From positions 47,926,001-47,990,000 of the forward strand of contig JAGIQG010000005.1 in NCBI GenBank assembly GCA_024679065.1: a stretch of DNA of 64,000 nt, in the 5' to 3' direction. The position numbers and the translations under genes were made by a program. Origin of the DNA: Sphyrna mokarran (taxonomy: Eukaryota). The notes beneath the pieces were generated by a model that saw only the letters and a program-made list of their open reading frames with translations, did not search any database and was not told where the DNA came from. Numbering within the stretch: position 1 is the stretch's first letter; the number at the start of each line of letters is the position of its first letter. This document shows, in pieces, positions 52,521 to 64,000 of this stretch.

Positions 52521-55500
52521 CAGTGAGGGCTGAAAGCACCCTGGCCAGACTTTTGGGCAAAAAAAAAGTTTTGTTGAAAAATAGTTAGACGATCAAAAGA
52601 TCGTAGCGAAGCGGTCCAGTCAAATAAGCAAAACAGCTGTCTTAAAGGAGCAGCACCCTTGGCTTGCTTCTGTTCCGTTTAAAAGTGTGCGTTGTTCAGC
52701 GTCCTCTTTAATGTCGCCCAACCTTCCAGAGCGATTGCACGCAAACGCCTTCTTCAACCATCCACTCCGCTAAGTTTAGTCTTTTCTCTCTTTAACTTGC
52801 GTGTTTTACGTTTCAATACGGAACTCGGAATTTTGCAATGCCACTGTTGACTTTACTATATTCGGAACCGAATTTCAATAACCGCATCAAAGGGGGCAAA
52901 AAATGTCCCGCCCCTTGCACTTTATTGAGGCAGCTTACAGGGGGAGGAGGTGGGGAGGGAATAATACCGCATCTCCTTAAGGGAAAAATAACTTTTTAGT
53001 TCCAAACACTGTGAAGTGAATTAGGGGGAAATGCACAGCCTAATGTTGCTACTTTCTAAATCAGCAGTTTGCCCCTTAAAACTCAGCGACGTCCTAAAAC
53101 TGTGTTTAAACCAATCCGACTCCTGATAAGATCCAATACACCTTGTCCCTCCGGCTGCATGAAGTTGATCTTATCAAAAATCCATTTGAATAAACTGCCT
53201 CGCGCATCTTCAATGTTACACGGTGTTTGTCACGTGGTTTTAGATTAAAAAGTTAAACCAAAAGCAAACAAGCATTAGAGGAAAACAATATTTTGGTTTT
53301 AATTTATAATTCTCTCTCTCTCTCTCTCTTCAAATGAAGTGCAATGGATAGGAATTCGCCAAAGTAGAAAAAACAAATGTCCAGAACTCCACATGAGTAA
53401 TGGAAGAAGGAGAAGATGTCAGACATTTTGCAAATTGCTTTTGGAAGGCCAAAGCTTCCTTTGTTATCTCAGCCCGTGATCTAAGGCGTTGCAAGTCCAA
53501 CCCTCGCTACGTTATCGCACTTAAAAATAAAGTCCCCCTTTCCTGCCGCCAGCTGTAAAACATTTACAAGGGTTTCTGTGCAGACTCTTGTTCTTTGCAA
53601 TGTTGCTTCAAGCCAGAGGGGCCTGTTTGGGTTTTTTTTTGGGGGGGGGGCATGATGTGAAATACTTGTTCCGGGTTACTGCCGAACCCGTTCGACTGGC
53701 TTGTCCGGCCTTTCTGCTAATATATTCACCTCCTCCTCACATCAGTTGCCTCGAACACATCCTCCACGACTACCTTAAAAAGTTCAAAATCTTCCACTAA
53801 CTGGAATCGAACACGATGGAATCATTCTCTCCCCCCCCCCCCAGGTCAGCCCCCTATGTATCCAAAAACACTAACCCCGAGCACCATACATTGCAAATAA
53901 ATAAATGTATTTTTTATATTCATATTTATAACTGGAGGGGTTTCCTTTCATGTGCTGGATAATTGGGTTCCAAAGTCGATGTTGCCTTACAACTGAATCC
54001 AGAACATTAATTTAACAGCCTGACATGACCAGCGCAAATGCTATCCTCCAAATACATTTCCATGTAAACGATGACTGATCATAAAAACATGTGCGTTAAT
54101 TCGCATTGAAGAGTAGGGCATTTAATTATATTTGGCTTTCAAATTATTGATGAATCTTTAAACAGTTTGGACGTGACAAGAGCTTGGCATTAAACAAATC
54201 GGGAAATAGGCCTAATTTCGACATGACCATAGGATAAGAGATTGGCCTTAAAGGGAGCAAAAATGTACAACAGTCAACGAGATTTGTTTTGCTGTTTGTT
54301 GACCGCCGCATGGTTAAAATGAAAGCAGCGAAACAAAAGTTAATTCTTGTCCAGTACTGTTTAAACACTGATGTTTAATTGCAATGCGACGGGGCTGTAC
54401 GGGTCCCATCAGAGATTGGTCAAAGATTTTCTCACCAGTGAACAGCGAGAAAGTTAAAGTCACCTTTTACCCGCCTGTGCTGAAATTCTGTCGCGAAAAT
54501 GTTTCGGACTTTTGCCAGCTTGGGGTTGATAATTAGCCTGACGGGAGCCTTGAGAGCGGAGACATTTGTGGCTGTATGGAGGGCGGCTACCCGCTGAGGT
54601 GCTCGAAAAGCTTCGTAAGCAGCACATTGGCATCAATTCATCAGCCTGTTTACTCTCTTTCATGGGCCATTTTCTGGCCTCTCCGTGCATTGTTATGCTA
54701 GTCGCTTAATTCAACAAGCCATTCCGGGAACACATTATGAAACCTTTACCAACGCGTGTTATTTGCCTTTAACTTTTCCGAGTCTGCAGCCTTTTAGAAA
54801 GCCAATTTATTTTTGGGGAGGGTGGCAAGGGCGGGGGTGGGGGGGGGGGGGGAGAGCTGCTATAGTTTCAAGCAAAACACTCCGCTGACATCATTTATCT
54901 GCAATCTCTCCTTCCGCTTACAATTCTGGTTGCACGCGTGTCCATATGTGACACCTCCCTTCCTCTAATCTCCCCATAAATTAAACCGTGCCAAACGTGT
55001 CGAGTGTGAGCTACAACTTTTTTTTTGTATTAAACATTAACCGGCTCCCCGAATGAGTCGCTCAGAGAATCTGACCTCTCGCAATCTCTAGCCTGACACC
55101 GTCTCACTTCAGCGGCTGCAGGCGCGCACAACCTCCGAAACCGGTCTCCTAAAATGCACTTTTTATCATTTGGAAGCAATTACATTATCATAAGCAAACG
55201 GCTGGAGACAGGAACATTGCCCTCGTTTTCCGAGCAGCCTTTGCAACAGACATCCCGGCGCACAAAAAAAAGCTCACTTAAAAACTGCACATAAAATCTC
55301 TGCCTTAACGAAAATTGCGCCACTACAATCCCCGATCGCCCGTTCACTATCAGGAGGCCGGCACACATGAACAAGATTCACCTCCCCACCCCACTCCTGT
55401 GTTGATAATGCTATGGAAAGACAGACTTTGTCTTCATAACTGAAGTTAAGCTGACATTTCAGGGAGAGACTAAAATCTATCTCAAACCATAACTGACAAA

Positions 55501-55624
55501 TGCTTCGTTTCGGTGAACGAAGCAGATTGCCCTACTTAGGCGACACACACAGCACTGGGAAAAGCCATTCACATGGCCCTCAGTACAAATATATACATAT
55601 CAAAAAATCCCCGTGTTTGCTCAC

Positions 55625-55705
55625 CTCGTAGATGTCCTCGTACTTGACATTTTCCACCAGTTTCCAAAGCATATTTGCAGTCTGATATTTAGAAGATGGG
55701 TGCAT
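55625..55705 (-). CDS. TFAP2B: TFAP2B coding exon 1a (MHPSSKYQTANMLWKLVENVKYEDIYE)
   Basis: Manual minus-strand translation gives the AP-2 N-terminus MLWKLVENVKYEDIYE with the beta-type 11-aa extension. Ends GAG|GTGAGC (phase 0), 81 nt. Confidence 0.95.
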
Positions 55706-55830
55706 TCATGTGAAGAGCAGCTGTCTGCTTTCTCTCTCTCTCTCCTCTCGTTTTTGCTGTCTCCTTCTCTCTCCTCTCTTTCCTCCCCTCGCTAAATGAT
55801 CGACTTAATTGGAGGGAGAAATGGGGAACC
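55706..55830 (-). promoter_or_regulatory. TFAP2B: 5'UTR (GA-rich) and probable core promoter of exon 1a
   Basis: Purine-rich (GA)n tract directly upstream of the ATG, with a CCAAT motif near 55808-55812. TSS not determined. Confidence 0.5.
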
Positions 55831-58800
55831 CGATTCCGAGGCAAATTCCTACAGCAGTCGATATAGTGACACTAGTGCCTCAGCCCCCAGACCGCACACA
55901 TTTACCAACTCAAACGGTAACCTCCAAACTTTAACCCAAACCCGAAACAGCAAACTAAAGACAACGGATTTATTTGATAATGGAAATCCCATCAATGCCG
56001 TAGATTTAAAATCCCCCTTACTGTCTGTATGGCGTGCAAAACGTAAAACCAGCCTGCCTGTTTGCCTGCCTAGTTTTCTATCTATTTATATGTCGATCTA
56101 TCTGAAACATTTAGAGATAGGATATATGCCTGTACAGTGCAATATGAGGGCACACCTCCGCCTGCCTCTCCATCAATCTATCTCTCCCATTGGATGCACA
56201 GCATCTCAGGAAAACTTGTAATTGGAGTATATGGAGTGTTTTAGTTCGTTCTGTTGAACCCGACACTTCCTTAGTTTCGGTACACTATTACATGAAATTA
56301 AATATCACTTTCGAAGCAAAGGCAGTCACTAACATCACACATAGTCTAGCACCCCTACTCTCAATGAATTGAGTCATTTTTATCATTTTGACCTTCCTGA
56401 CTTTCAGAATAATTCTTCACCTATCAGTCATCAGGTTACTGATGAATAAGTGCATTTTTTTCCCCGCGAAATGTTAAAATTTACTTGACGTCCCTCCTTT
56501 CAAAGACACTCTGTTCACCCTTTACAGCCATCCCAACTCAAATGGGATAACCACCCTGGAAGGAAAAACTAGCTTCCCGAAAATGGATTTAACAATTATC
56601 AATTTCATGTTAAAGAGTTAGGAGGCGATCGGAAAATGGATCAAACAATCATAGCCGCCGTTTCTGAAATAGCAGGAAAACATACACACACATAATATCA
56701 TACGGTTGAAATTTGTGTTCGTAACTTCTAAAATAGCAAAGCAATAGCGATAGTGTTTGCAGGATTGAGTCACCTTTTCTCAATTTGATAAGAACTCTCA
56801 GAAACCTGTATTACAACAAATTGGGTTCTTACATTTCACCAAAACGGCTTTTTTAAAAAAAGATACAGGTTTTTAAAAATATTTATTGGTGGTTACACAA
56901 ACATAAAATAAAAATTCCATATATATCGATAGATAATCGTTCCATTCTCTGTATTTCTACACGAAGCAGATATAAAGCGAACCGCGGCCGATAAGATTCA
57001 ATATTAAAATGCGTGTGTCTTTTCTATGCCGTCAAACATATTAAACAACTTCCCTAACATACACGCATCGTTTATACAATACATGCAAGAAACAGATGGC
57101 CATAAATAGATACTAAAATATCTAGAGAGATAAACAGGTTTCAATTGACAACCGTGTGAACTTGTTCCTGTTCTTTTTTTCCTTTGGAATATTCTAAAGA
57201 TGGAGATAGACTGATAACATATAGATTGATGTAGAGGTGGGCGAGTGAACAGACAGAAATACAGACAAATATTGAACGAGTCAATTCTGTAGCACAACTA
57301 GTATAAAGTAAAACGCTGTTCGAGTAAATCCTTTGGAGGTCAGAGTGGTCCCAGAATCAGCATATGTCCTTTCCATGTAGTCAAGACCAACTAAATAATG
57401 TTTCTGGCAAATGCACATCGCACATATATAATGAGAAACGAAGTTTCAGGAGCTGCGATATTTGGAAACAATTATATTTGCCAAAGCTAATCCATAAGTT
57501 GAAAGAAACTGCACGGAAACTCAATTTGATTGATTGGCTATGGCTGGGTTGCGATCATTTAATGATGAAATGATTTTTTTTTTGGCTGGAGCTGGGAGGG
57601 TGTGTGGAGCCTGCGGTTACACCCGGGTCCACCGCTCCATCAGTAAAGCCAACAGCTGCTTCGATCAGCTGATCCCGCACAAAAGAACGTTCAAATTGAA
57701 TTGTGTGTTATTCTGAATAAAAGTAACCCAACTATTGCCCACACTGACAGTGCTGGTAACAAGCACGGCCTCTTTGTTAGAGAAAATGTAACCAAGTGCG
57801 GTCATCCCAACTCAAGATTACGCCTCAAAATAACTCAAGGGGAAAAGTGAGACTCAGAAATTATCCACTTTTCTTAAAACAAATGGCAAAAGTGTTGTGA
57901 TAGTTCTAATATGTGGAATGGCTATTATAACTGCGTTATGGTGAAAATTGCTGATTACACACACGTACTATAAATATTAACAGATTAATTTCAATTCTTC
58001 ATATAAATCGAAGTCGTTACAAACAGGTTACATTGTTAAACTGCTAAGCGTTTCATTTTATAATACCCTTAATTTATACGTAAGCCAAATAATTTCATTA
58101 AGAATCGTCCCTCCAAGTAGTTGCCCCTCGAATTACCCCTTTTCTGCCTCCCGGGGGGATTGAACTTCTCGAAATTGTGAACCGTTTTTGATTTTGTAGC
58201 GGAAATCCCTAACTTTAGGACACTGGAACGGCGAGACACTGCAGAGGAAGCTTCAAAGGGCAATTCCGACTTGGGAATGATCTGGCTCGGCGTGGGCCAG
58301 GCGATTATATGTAGTTGCTCTGCCCTCTGTCGGAGATTGGGTGCAAACGCCACTGCTGGATCAGAGAAAGAAAAACCCACATCGCCCATTCATTACACGT
58401 TATTCGAATATTTTGCTGCCCTGCCCCCGTGGGAAAATAAACAAATCTCAGCTATAAATACCGATTCGAATGCAATTTGACATTCTCCCCTTTCAATCGG
58501 CACTTCAATTGTTAAAAGCGGGACGATGTGACCTTTATACTGTTAACGTATTTTCTGAACCCTGTGGAAATATTGACTTGTTTTCAGCCTGCCTATAATT
58601 TGCGTTGTTTAGTCAGATAATCAAAGAGTTTTAGCTGTAATGTTAATAAGAGGTTAATATACTTGTTGCCCGAACACAAACGGACATCAATTGATATGAA
58701 CATCCACAGATACCAAAGGATTGTGCATGGCATATCATGTATTTGACTAACTGTTGAATTGTAGGGCTGATAGATATCTGCACAATGCTCTCACTCACTG

Positions 58801-59386
58801 TGCTGGACAGCCACGTTCGTGCCGGACTTTGTTACACCCTTGTGTGAAACTGTTTGATTCACCATTTCAGGAATCGCTGAGCAACTACGGTTGTTTTCTC
58901 TAAAACTTGAGACCTTCCTCTCTCAGAAAGATAGGTTGGAATGGAATTAGACCATGACTATTTGTTATTAAATTAAATTTCAGAATCAGTTTTTACAGCT
59001 ACTCATCCTCCACTCGAAATATCCGTTTAGGCTCAACCCAAAAACACGATTCACAACTGCATCGTTTTAATAACTCCTATTGTTGAAGAGATTCGTTAAG
59101 TTGGTCTTTTCGCTCAAGACAAGCACATTTTTAAATCAATTCGTGAATTCAGAGAAAAAGCTGCTCCCAGTGCAATAGAGTTGAAGTACTCAGGACTCCC
59201 GATTGCTAGTTCCAGCGATTCCAGTCGCTTATTTTGTATAGATTTTCACTTGAACTTTACAAGCACTAAAACGTCCATGCAGGTTTAGTTTGAATGTATA
59301 AGCTTGGGCTTTATCTCTGTCTCGGCGATAGTGAATTAAACCAATTTGAAAAACCACTGCAGGTTAATTCACAAATTTATTCACAA

Positions 59387-59403
59387 TAGCGCCATCGTGT
59401 GGA
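59387..59403 (-). promoter_or_regulatory. Candidate CTCF site
   Basis: Minus strand TCCACACGATGGCGCTA compared with a consensus-type site CCACCAGATGGCGCTA. Confidence 0.5.
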
Positions 59404-59769
59404 GTCCGCGGAGACACACAAGATAAAATCTTCATCCAGATGAAATCTAAATCTCCCCATGAATTCATCCAATTCATATGACGCCATTATAGCCTACTAA
59501 GAAATCCAGGCAAATTATCTTATCCTTTAGTGCAATCGCAATTTCCACACTGCTCCAAACTGGTTTCACCCTGGCATTGACGCAAACTACAAAACATAAT
59601 TGCAACCAAGCTGGTTTTGTCGTTCGCAGTTTCAAAGACTCCCAATCGAAGCAAAACGGTGCACTTATACTTTCTGTTATTTACATATTTATCCTATTGT
59701 GATTATAATCAGGGGAATCACACTTTTTAAAATCGAAAAATAAACTTTACAAAGAGCCAAAATAGCCAA

Positions 59770-60090
59770 CAACAACTTGCATTCATAACGCGCTTTTCAC
59801 GGTTATTGGACTGTGGGCATCACTGGCCATATTGTTGCCCATCCCTAATTACCCTTTGAGAAGGTGGTCATGAGCTGCATTCTTCAGTCGCCCCAGTGGT
59901 ATAGACAGATCCGCAATACTGCTAGGGAGGGAGCTCCAGAATTTTGATCCAGTAAAGGCATGGAGATGATAGTTGCAAGAATAATGTGCGGTTTGGAGGG
60001 GAACTTGCAGGTGGTGGCATTCCTATACCAATTAGGACTTGTCCTAAGTGGTAGAGAGTGCAAGTTGGGAATGTGCTGCTGAAGGAACCT
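59770..60090 (-). mobile_element. LINE 3'-end relics
   Basis: AACAACTTGCATT (L2-type tail, reversed) and TTGCCCATCCCTAATTACCCTTTGAGAAGGTGG, which I recognise as a common fish LINE end. Family not verified. Confidence 0.5.
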
Positions 60091-60184
60091 ATGCCAGGGT
60101 TGAGATGATTGGTTTCAAAAACTACAACCATCTTTCTTTGCATTGGTTATCATTCCAACAAATGGAGAGTTTTCCCCCAATTCA

Positions 60185-60400
60185 TTAAATCATTGAATCA
60201 CCCAGTTGCTGCAGAAGGAGGCTATTTGGTCAATTGAGTCTGCATCAACTCTTCTACTGAGCACCTTACCCAGGTCCACCTGTGCCATATCATGTAACCG
60301 TACACATTTACCCCAATAATCCCTTTAACCTGCTTATCTTTGAGACACTAAGAGCCAATTTGACATGGCTGATTCACCTAACCTGCATATGTTTGGATTT
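60185..60400 (-). mobile_element. Decayed SINE fragment(s)
   Basis: GCAGAAGGAGGCTATTTGG tail and ACCTAACCTGCATATGTTTGGA (edge of the V-domain, reversed). Confidence 0.6.
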
Positions 60401-60816
60401 TCTCATCTTTTCAGGGACTTTTCATGCTAGGACTACTTGATGAGACACTCAAGTCAGTTGCTACCTTGATGTCAAAGGCAGTCATTCTAATCTGATGTTG
60501 ACAAAGGCTTAAGTAAAAATTAAGCCAAAGAAGAAACAGCAGAAGATTATGAAATGCTTGATCTGAGATTTGTGTGTTAAAGAGATTCTCAAATTAAAAA
60601 TAGGAAGCTGCAGAGACAGAGGGATTGAGAGAGAAATTCCTGAGAGAGGGATCTGAGCTGAAAGCAAAGTTATTAGTGATAGATTGAATGATGGAGACAT
60701 GTGCATAATGCATCAGTGCTCCCCTGCAATGATTAGCACTCAGAGGCAGAAATGAAAAAGCAGGGGCATAAAATGTACTCTAGGTAAGAAGCTTCAATGT
60801 CCAACACTGTACTAGA

Positions 60817-60966
60817 AGGCGGAATGGTCAGAATGAGCCTGGTATGAAGGATCCAGCAGAACCCAACCAAGGCTCATAATATCCTGCCTGAGGCCAATGG
60901 AGAATGCCATTCTGTGGGCATCACCTGCCCCGATTCTGGTGCGGGCAAAGTGGTAAAATTCCAGCC
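60817..60966. mobile_element. MITE relic, same family as 12119-12245
   Basis: Starts GGCGGAAT, ends GGTAAAATTCCAGCC, and shares internal GAGAATGCCA. Confidence 0.7.
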
Positions 60967-61519
60967 TCACTGTGATTAACCTTGTCTTCATCAATCGATC
61001 TGTTGTAGGTATGTGTTTTTGATTATAACATGTTCAGAGTGTGCACACAATTCTCACGCAGACAAAATCTACCTTCACAGTGATGCCCTCCTCCATTATT
61101 TACGATGGAACTAGTGTAATGTTAAGTGGAACAGCACAAGGACAGATAACAAAAATATATCAAAACTGGGCATTGGCAGGACACCTGTGGAACATCGGAG
61201 TTATGTTCCAATTCAATCTATGACTTTATGGCCCCATACATCTTCCTTCCATCAGCTCTGTCAAGGAGATAGGTGAATCCTGAGTGTATAAGAATGCTCG
61301 AGGAGCAGACTAGATCTATCTTGGTACGAAGCATCAATTTAGCAAAATTACAACACTGAGCTGTCTGTATATTAATTAATTAAAGCTCGCGACTACGCAC
61401 AGACAGGGAAAATCTTTAGTCTTATCACAGCCAATTGAAAACCAGGAAAGTAATAGGAGCAGAAGACTCAATGAATGGACTGTGCTCCACTTATATCAAG
61501 TCTTACCTGTCATAATTTA

Positions 61520-62270
61520 GAGCCATAGAGGTTTACAGCAAGGAAACAAGCCCTTCGGCTCAACTTGTCCATGTCACCCTTTTTTCTTTAATGACTAAGC
61601 TAGTCTCAATTGTCCACATTTGGACAATATCCCTCGATAGCCATCTTAACTCATGTAACTGTCTAAATGTTTTATAAAAGACAAAATTGTAGCCACTCTA
61701 TGGGCAGCTTGTTCCAGACACTCAGCACCTTTTGTGTGAAAAAAACTGTCCCACTGGACCCTTTTGTACCTCTTCCTTCTCACCTTAAATCTATACACTC
61801 TAGTTTTAGACTCCTCTATCTTTGGGAAAAGATATTGACTATCTAGCTGAGCTATGCCCTCATTATTGTACAGACTGCTAGAAGATCACCCCTAAGCATA
61901 TTACGTTCCTGAGAAAAAAATCCCAGTGTATCCAGCCTCTCCTTATAACTCAATCTATCAAGTCCGGCAGCCTCCGAGTAAATCTTTTCTGCACTCTTTC
62001 TAATTCAATAATATCTTTTCTATAATAGGTGACCAGAACTACACAAATTTTCCATGTGTGGCCTTACCAATGTCTTGTACAACTTCAACCAGACATCCCA
62101 ACTTCTATATTCAATGTCCTGACCAATGAAACAAAACATGCCGAATGCTTTCTTCATCACTCAGTCTATCTGTGACCCCATTTTCAAGGAGGTATGAACA
62201 TGTACCCCTCGATTTCTTTGTTCTATAACGTTTGCCAAAGCCCTACCATTAACTGAGTAAGTCCTGCCCT
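61520..62270 (-). mobile_element. CR1 LINE 3' fragment (same family as 12317-12890)
   Basis: Long shared blocks, e.g. CTAAGCTAGT, CTCACCTTAAA, TAGTTTTAGACTC and GTCTTGTACAACTT. Confidence 0.85.
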
Positions 62271-62379
62271 TGACTTAGTGAATTAGTGCTTTTCTTCTTA
62301 CTTCTTTTGTTTTTCCTTTACATCTTTTGCACGCACACCTTTGCAATATCACCTATAAATATGAGGTTAGCTTCTTGAA

Positions 62380-62820
62380 CCAAAATGTACTCTATTCATC
62401 CTTTGTCCATGTGCTTGCTGATCTACATTGAATGCCAGTCCAACAACACTAAGATTTTAAACTGCTCATTGTATGCAAATCCCTCTATGCTTGGCCTCTT
62501 CTTCTGTAACCCACTCCTTCCATGTGACCCTCCAGAAACTCTGCATTCCTTAAAATCTGACTCCTGTGTATCTTTTGCTTGCTCTGTCATTCCAAATGTG
62601 GCTGTGCCTTCAAATATTTAGGAGTTGGGCTCAGGAATTTTCTCCTGAAATATATTCACCTCCTCACCAATATCTCCTCCTTAAGAGCCTTCTTTAAATG
62701 TAGCACTTCGGTGAATCTTTCATTCCCTTTCTGAATGTCTCATTCTTTGGCTTGGTGTCAGCATTAGTCTGACGGTACTCCTATGGAGTATTTTGGATGT
62801 TTTACTACAATGAAGGCTTT
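62380..62820 (+). mobile_element. L2-like LINE 3' fragment
   Basis: Degenerate GCCTTC...GGAAT..CTCC...TTAAGA...GGATGTTTTTACTAC end pattern. Confidence 0.5.
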
Positions 62821-62940
62821 GGGTGGAATATTTCCATCCCGCCCTCCATGGGAATCATATCGGGAGGGGTGGACCATGTAAAAGGTTGAACCAGGCAGGA
62901 TATTCCCATCTTGGGGTGAGCACGGCTGGAAGTTCCCATT
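62820..62940. mobile_element. MITE relic
   Basis: Starts GGGTGGAATATTTCC with a degenerate opposite end. A further partial copy lies at ~63160-63250. Confidence 0.5.
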
Positions 62941-63252
62941 CATTACGGTATTGGAAATTGTTGTTTCATTGACTGAAACACCAAAGAGGGCATAAATTAC
63001 CCTGTAGACATTTGCATAAGTTTTCCAGCAAGGTTTTCCAGAAGGTGTCATCAAAGCTTAATTTTATCCATCAGAAAAATTTTTGTTAATGTCATGCCCA
63101 GTGAAGATATGTGCTATTCCTAACTTTAGATAATGGGCAGAATTTTCCAGCTGTTCATTCTGGTGGAATTTTCCAGTCCCACTGCAATGAATGGAGATTT
63201 GACTGAGCATTAAATTCTCCATCTTCACACACAGCACTGGCATGGCATGAAT

Positions 63253-64000
63253 GAACAAAGATCAAAGAACAAAACAGCACGGGAAACAGGCCCTTTGGCC
63301 CAACGAGCCCGCGCCGTCACCCCGACGTTCCCACCTCTACCCGTGATCCCTGTCCACGTTTATAGATCTATGGATTAAAAACCAAATTTGAGACAACTTA
63401 GGGAGAATTTATTTTGCCAATTAGCCTAAGAGCGCATCTTTGGGGTGTGGGAGGAAACCGGAGCACCCGGAAAAAACCCACGCAAGCACGAGGAGAATGC
63501 GCAAACTCCCACTGACACAGGCCCAAATCCATGTATCTGCACAGCACAGCAATAGTCACTGAGCTGTCGTGCTGCCCATCAAATGGTCCAGGTCAAGCGT
63601 ACACTAACGACGTGAAGCAGTAGGATACTCTCGAAAAAGATCCAAGAGCAGCCCTCTCACGACCCATCGCGTGTATGCCCCTTGTTAGACAACAACGTGG
63701 ACCAAAGCACCTGTAGAATAAAAACAAGTACATCAATATCATCATCTATTTACACACTTCCCAGGGACTCCCAAGGCTCATGATCCTATTTTAAATCAGT
63801 TTTCTATACCCCTCCATTCCCATTCTGTTCATGTGCCCATCTAAGTATTTCTTAAATAACTCCAGAGTACCTGTCTCCACCACTTTACTTGGCAGCGCAT
63901 TCCATACCCCCACCACCTCTGTGTGAAAAAACTCCCTCAGGCATCCAAATTATATCTTACCCCCCTCACCCTAAGCCCATGACCCTCATGCTATTCGAGT
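63253..64000 (-). mobile_element. CR1 ORF2 3' end followed by an extended 3' region containing the same structured segment and V-domain
   Basis: Minus strand reads VVGVWNALPSKVVE...FKKYLDGHMNRMGMEGYRKLI* (stop 63791-63793), then sequence homologous to 22052-22532. Runs off the window edge. Confidence 0.85.

Noticed and set aside
55796-56221. 141-aa plus-strand ORF divergent from the promoter, and the other 60-130 aa ORFs
   Set aside because: No recognisable domain or splice structure, and lengths are as expected by chance.
63645-63675. TGGGTCGTGAGAGGGC resembling hepacivirus IRES domain IIId
   Set aside because: The match is short, there is no IIIe GAUA loop or pseudoknot, and the bases take part in a different predicted fold.

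Overview
AT-rich vertebrate genomic DNA. The repeat landscape (HE1-like V-SINEs, HER1/CR1-like LINEs, GGGCGGAATT-type MITEs) points to a cartilaginous fish; this is an inference. The window holds one complete protein-coding gene on the minus strand, transcription factor AP-2 beta (TFAP2B). I reconstructed 7 coding exons with GT-AG junctions and consistent phases: 55625-55705, 50551-51000, 42180-42240, 25007-25223, 19163-19281, 15795-15936 and 10993-11290 (1368 nt, 455 aa plus stop). There is also an alternative first exon (MLVHTYTAM, 52074-52100) and a probable ~5 kb 3'UTR. The rest is intronic or flanking DNA with SINE/LINE/MITE relics, a 15-bp minisatellite split by a nested LINE insertion, and enhancer-like blocks. 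The most unusual signal is a CR1-linked element present twice (22052-22532 and 63253-64000). Its 3' region carries a ~118-nt multi-stem RNA structure that covaries between the copies, followed by a decayed tRNA head and a V-SINE core. Almost all other ORFs in the track are spurious or LINE-derived. Repeat boundaries are by-eye estimates.
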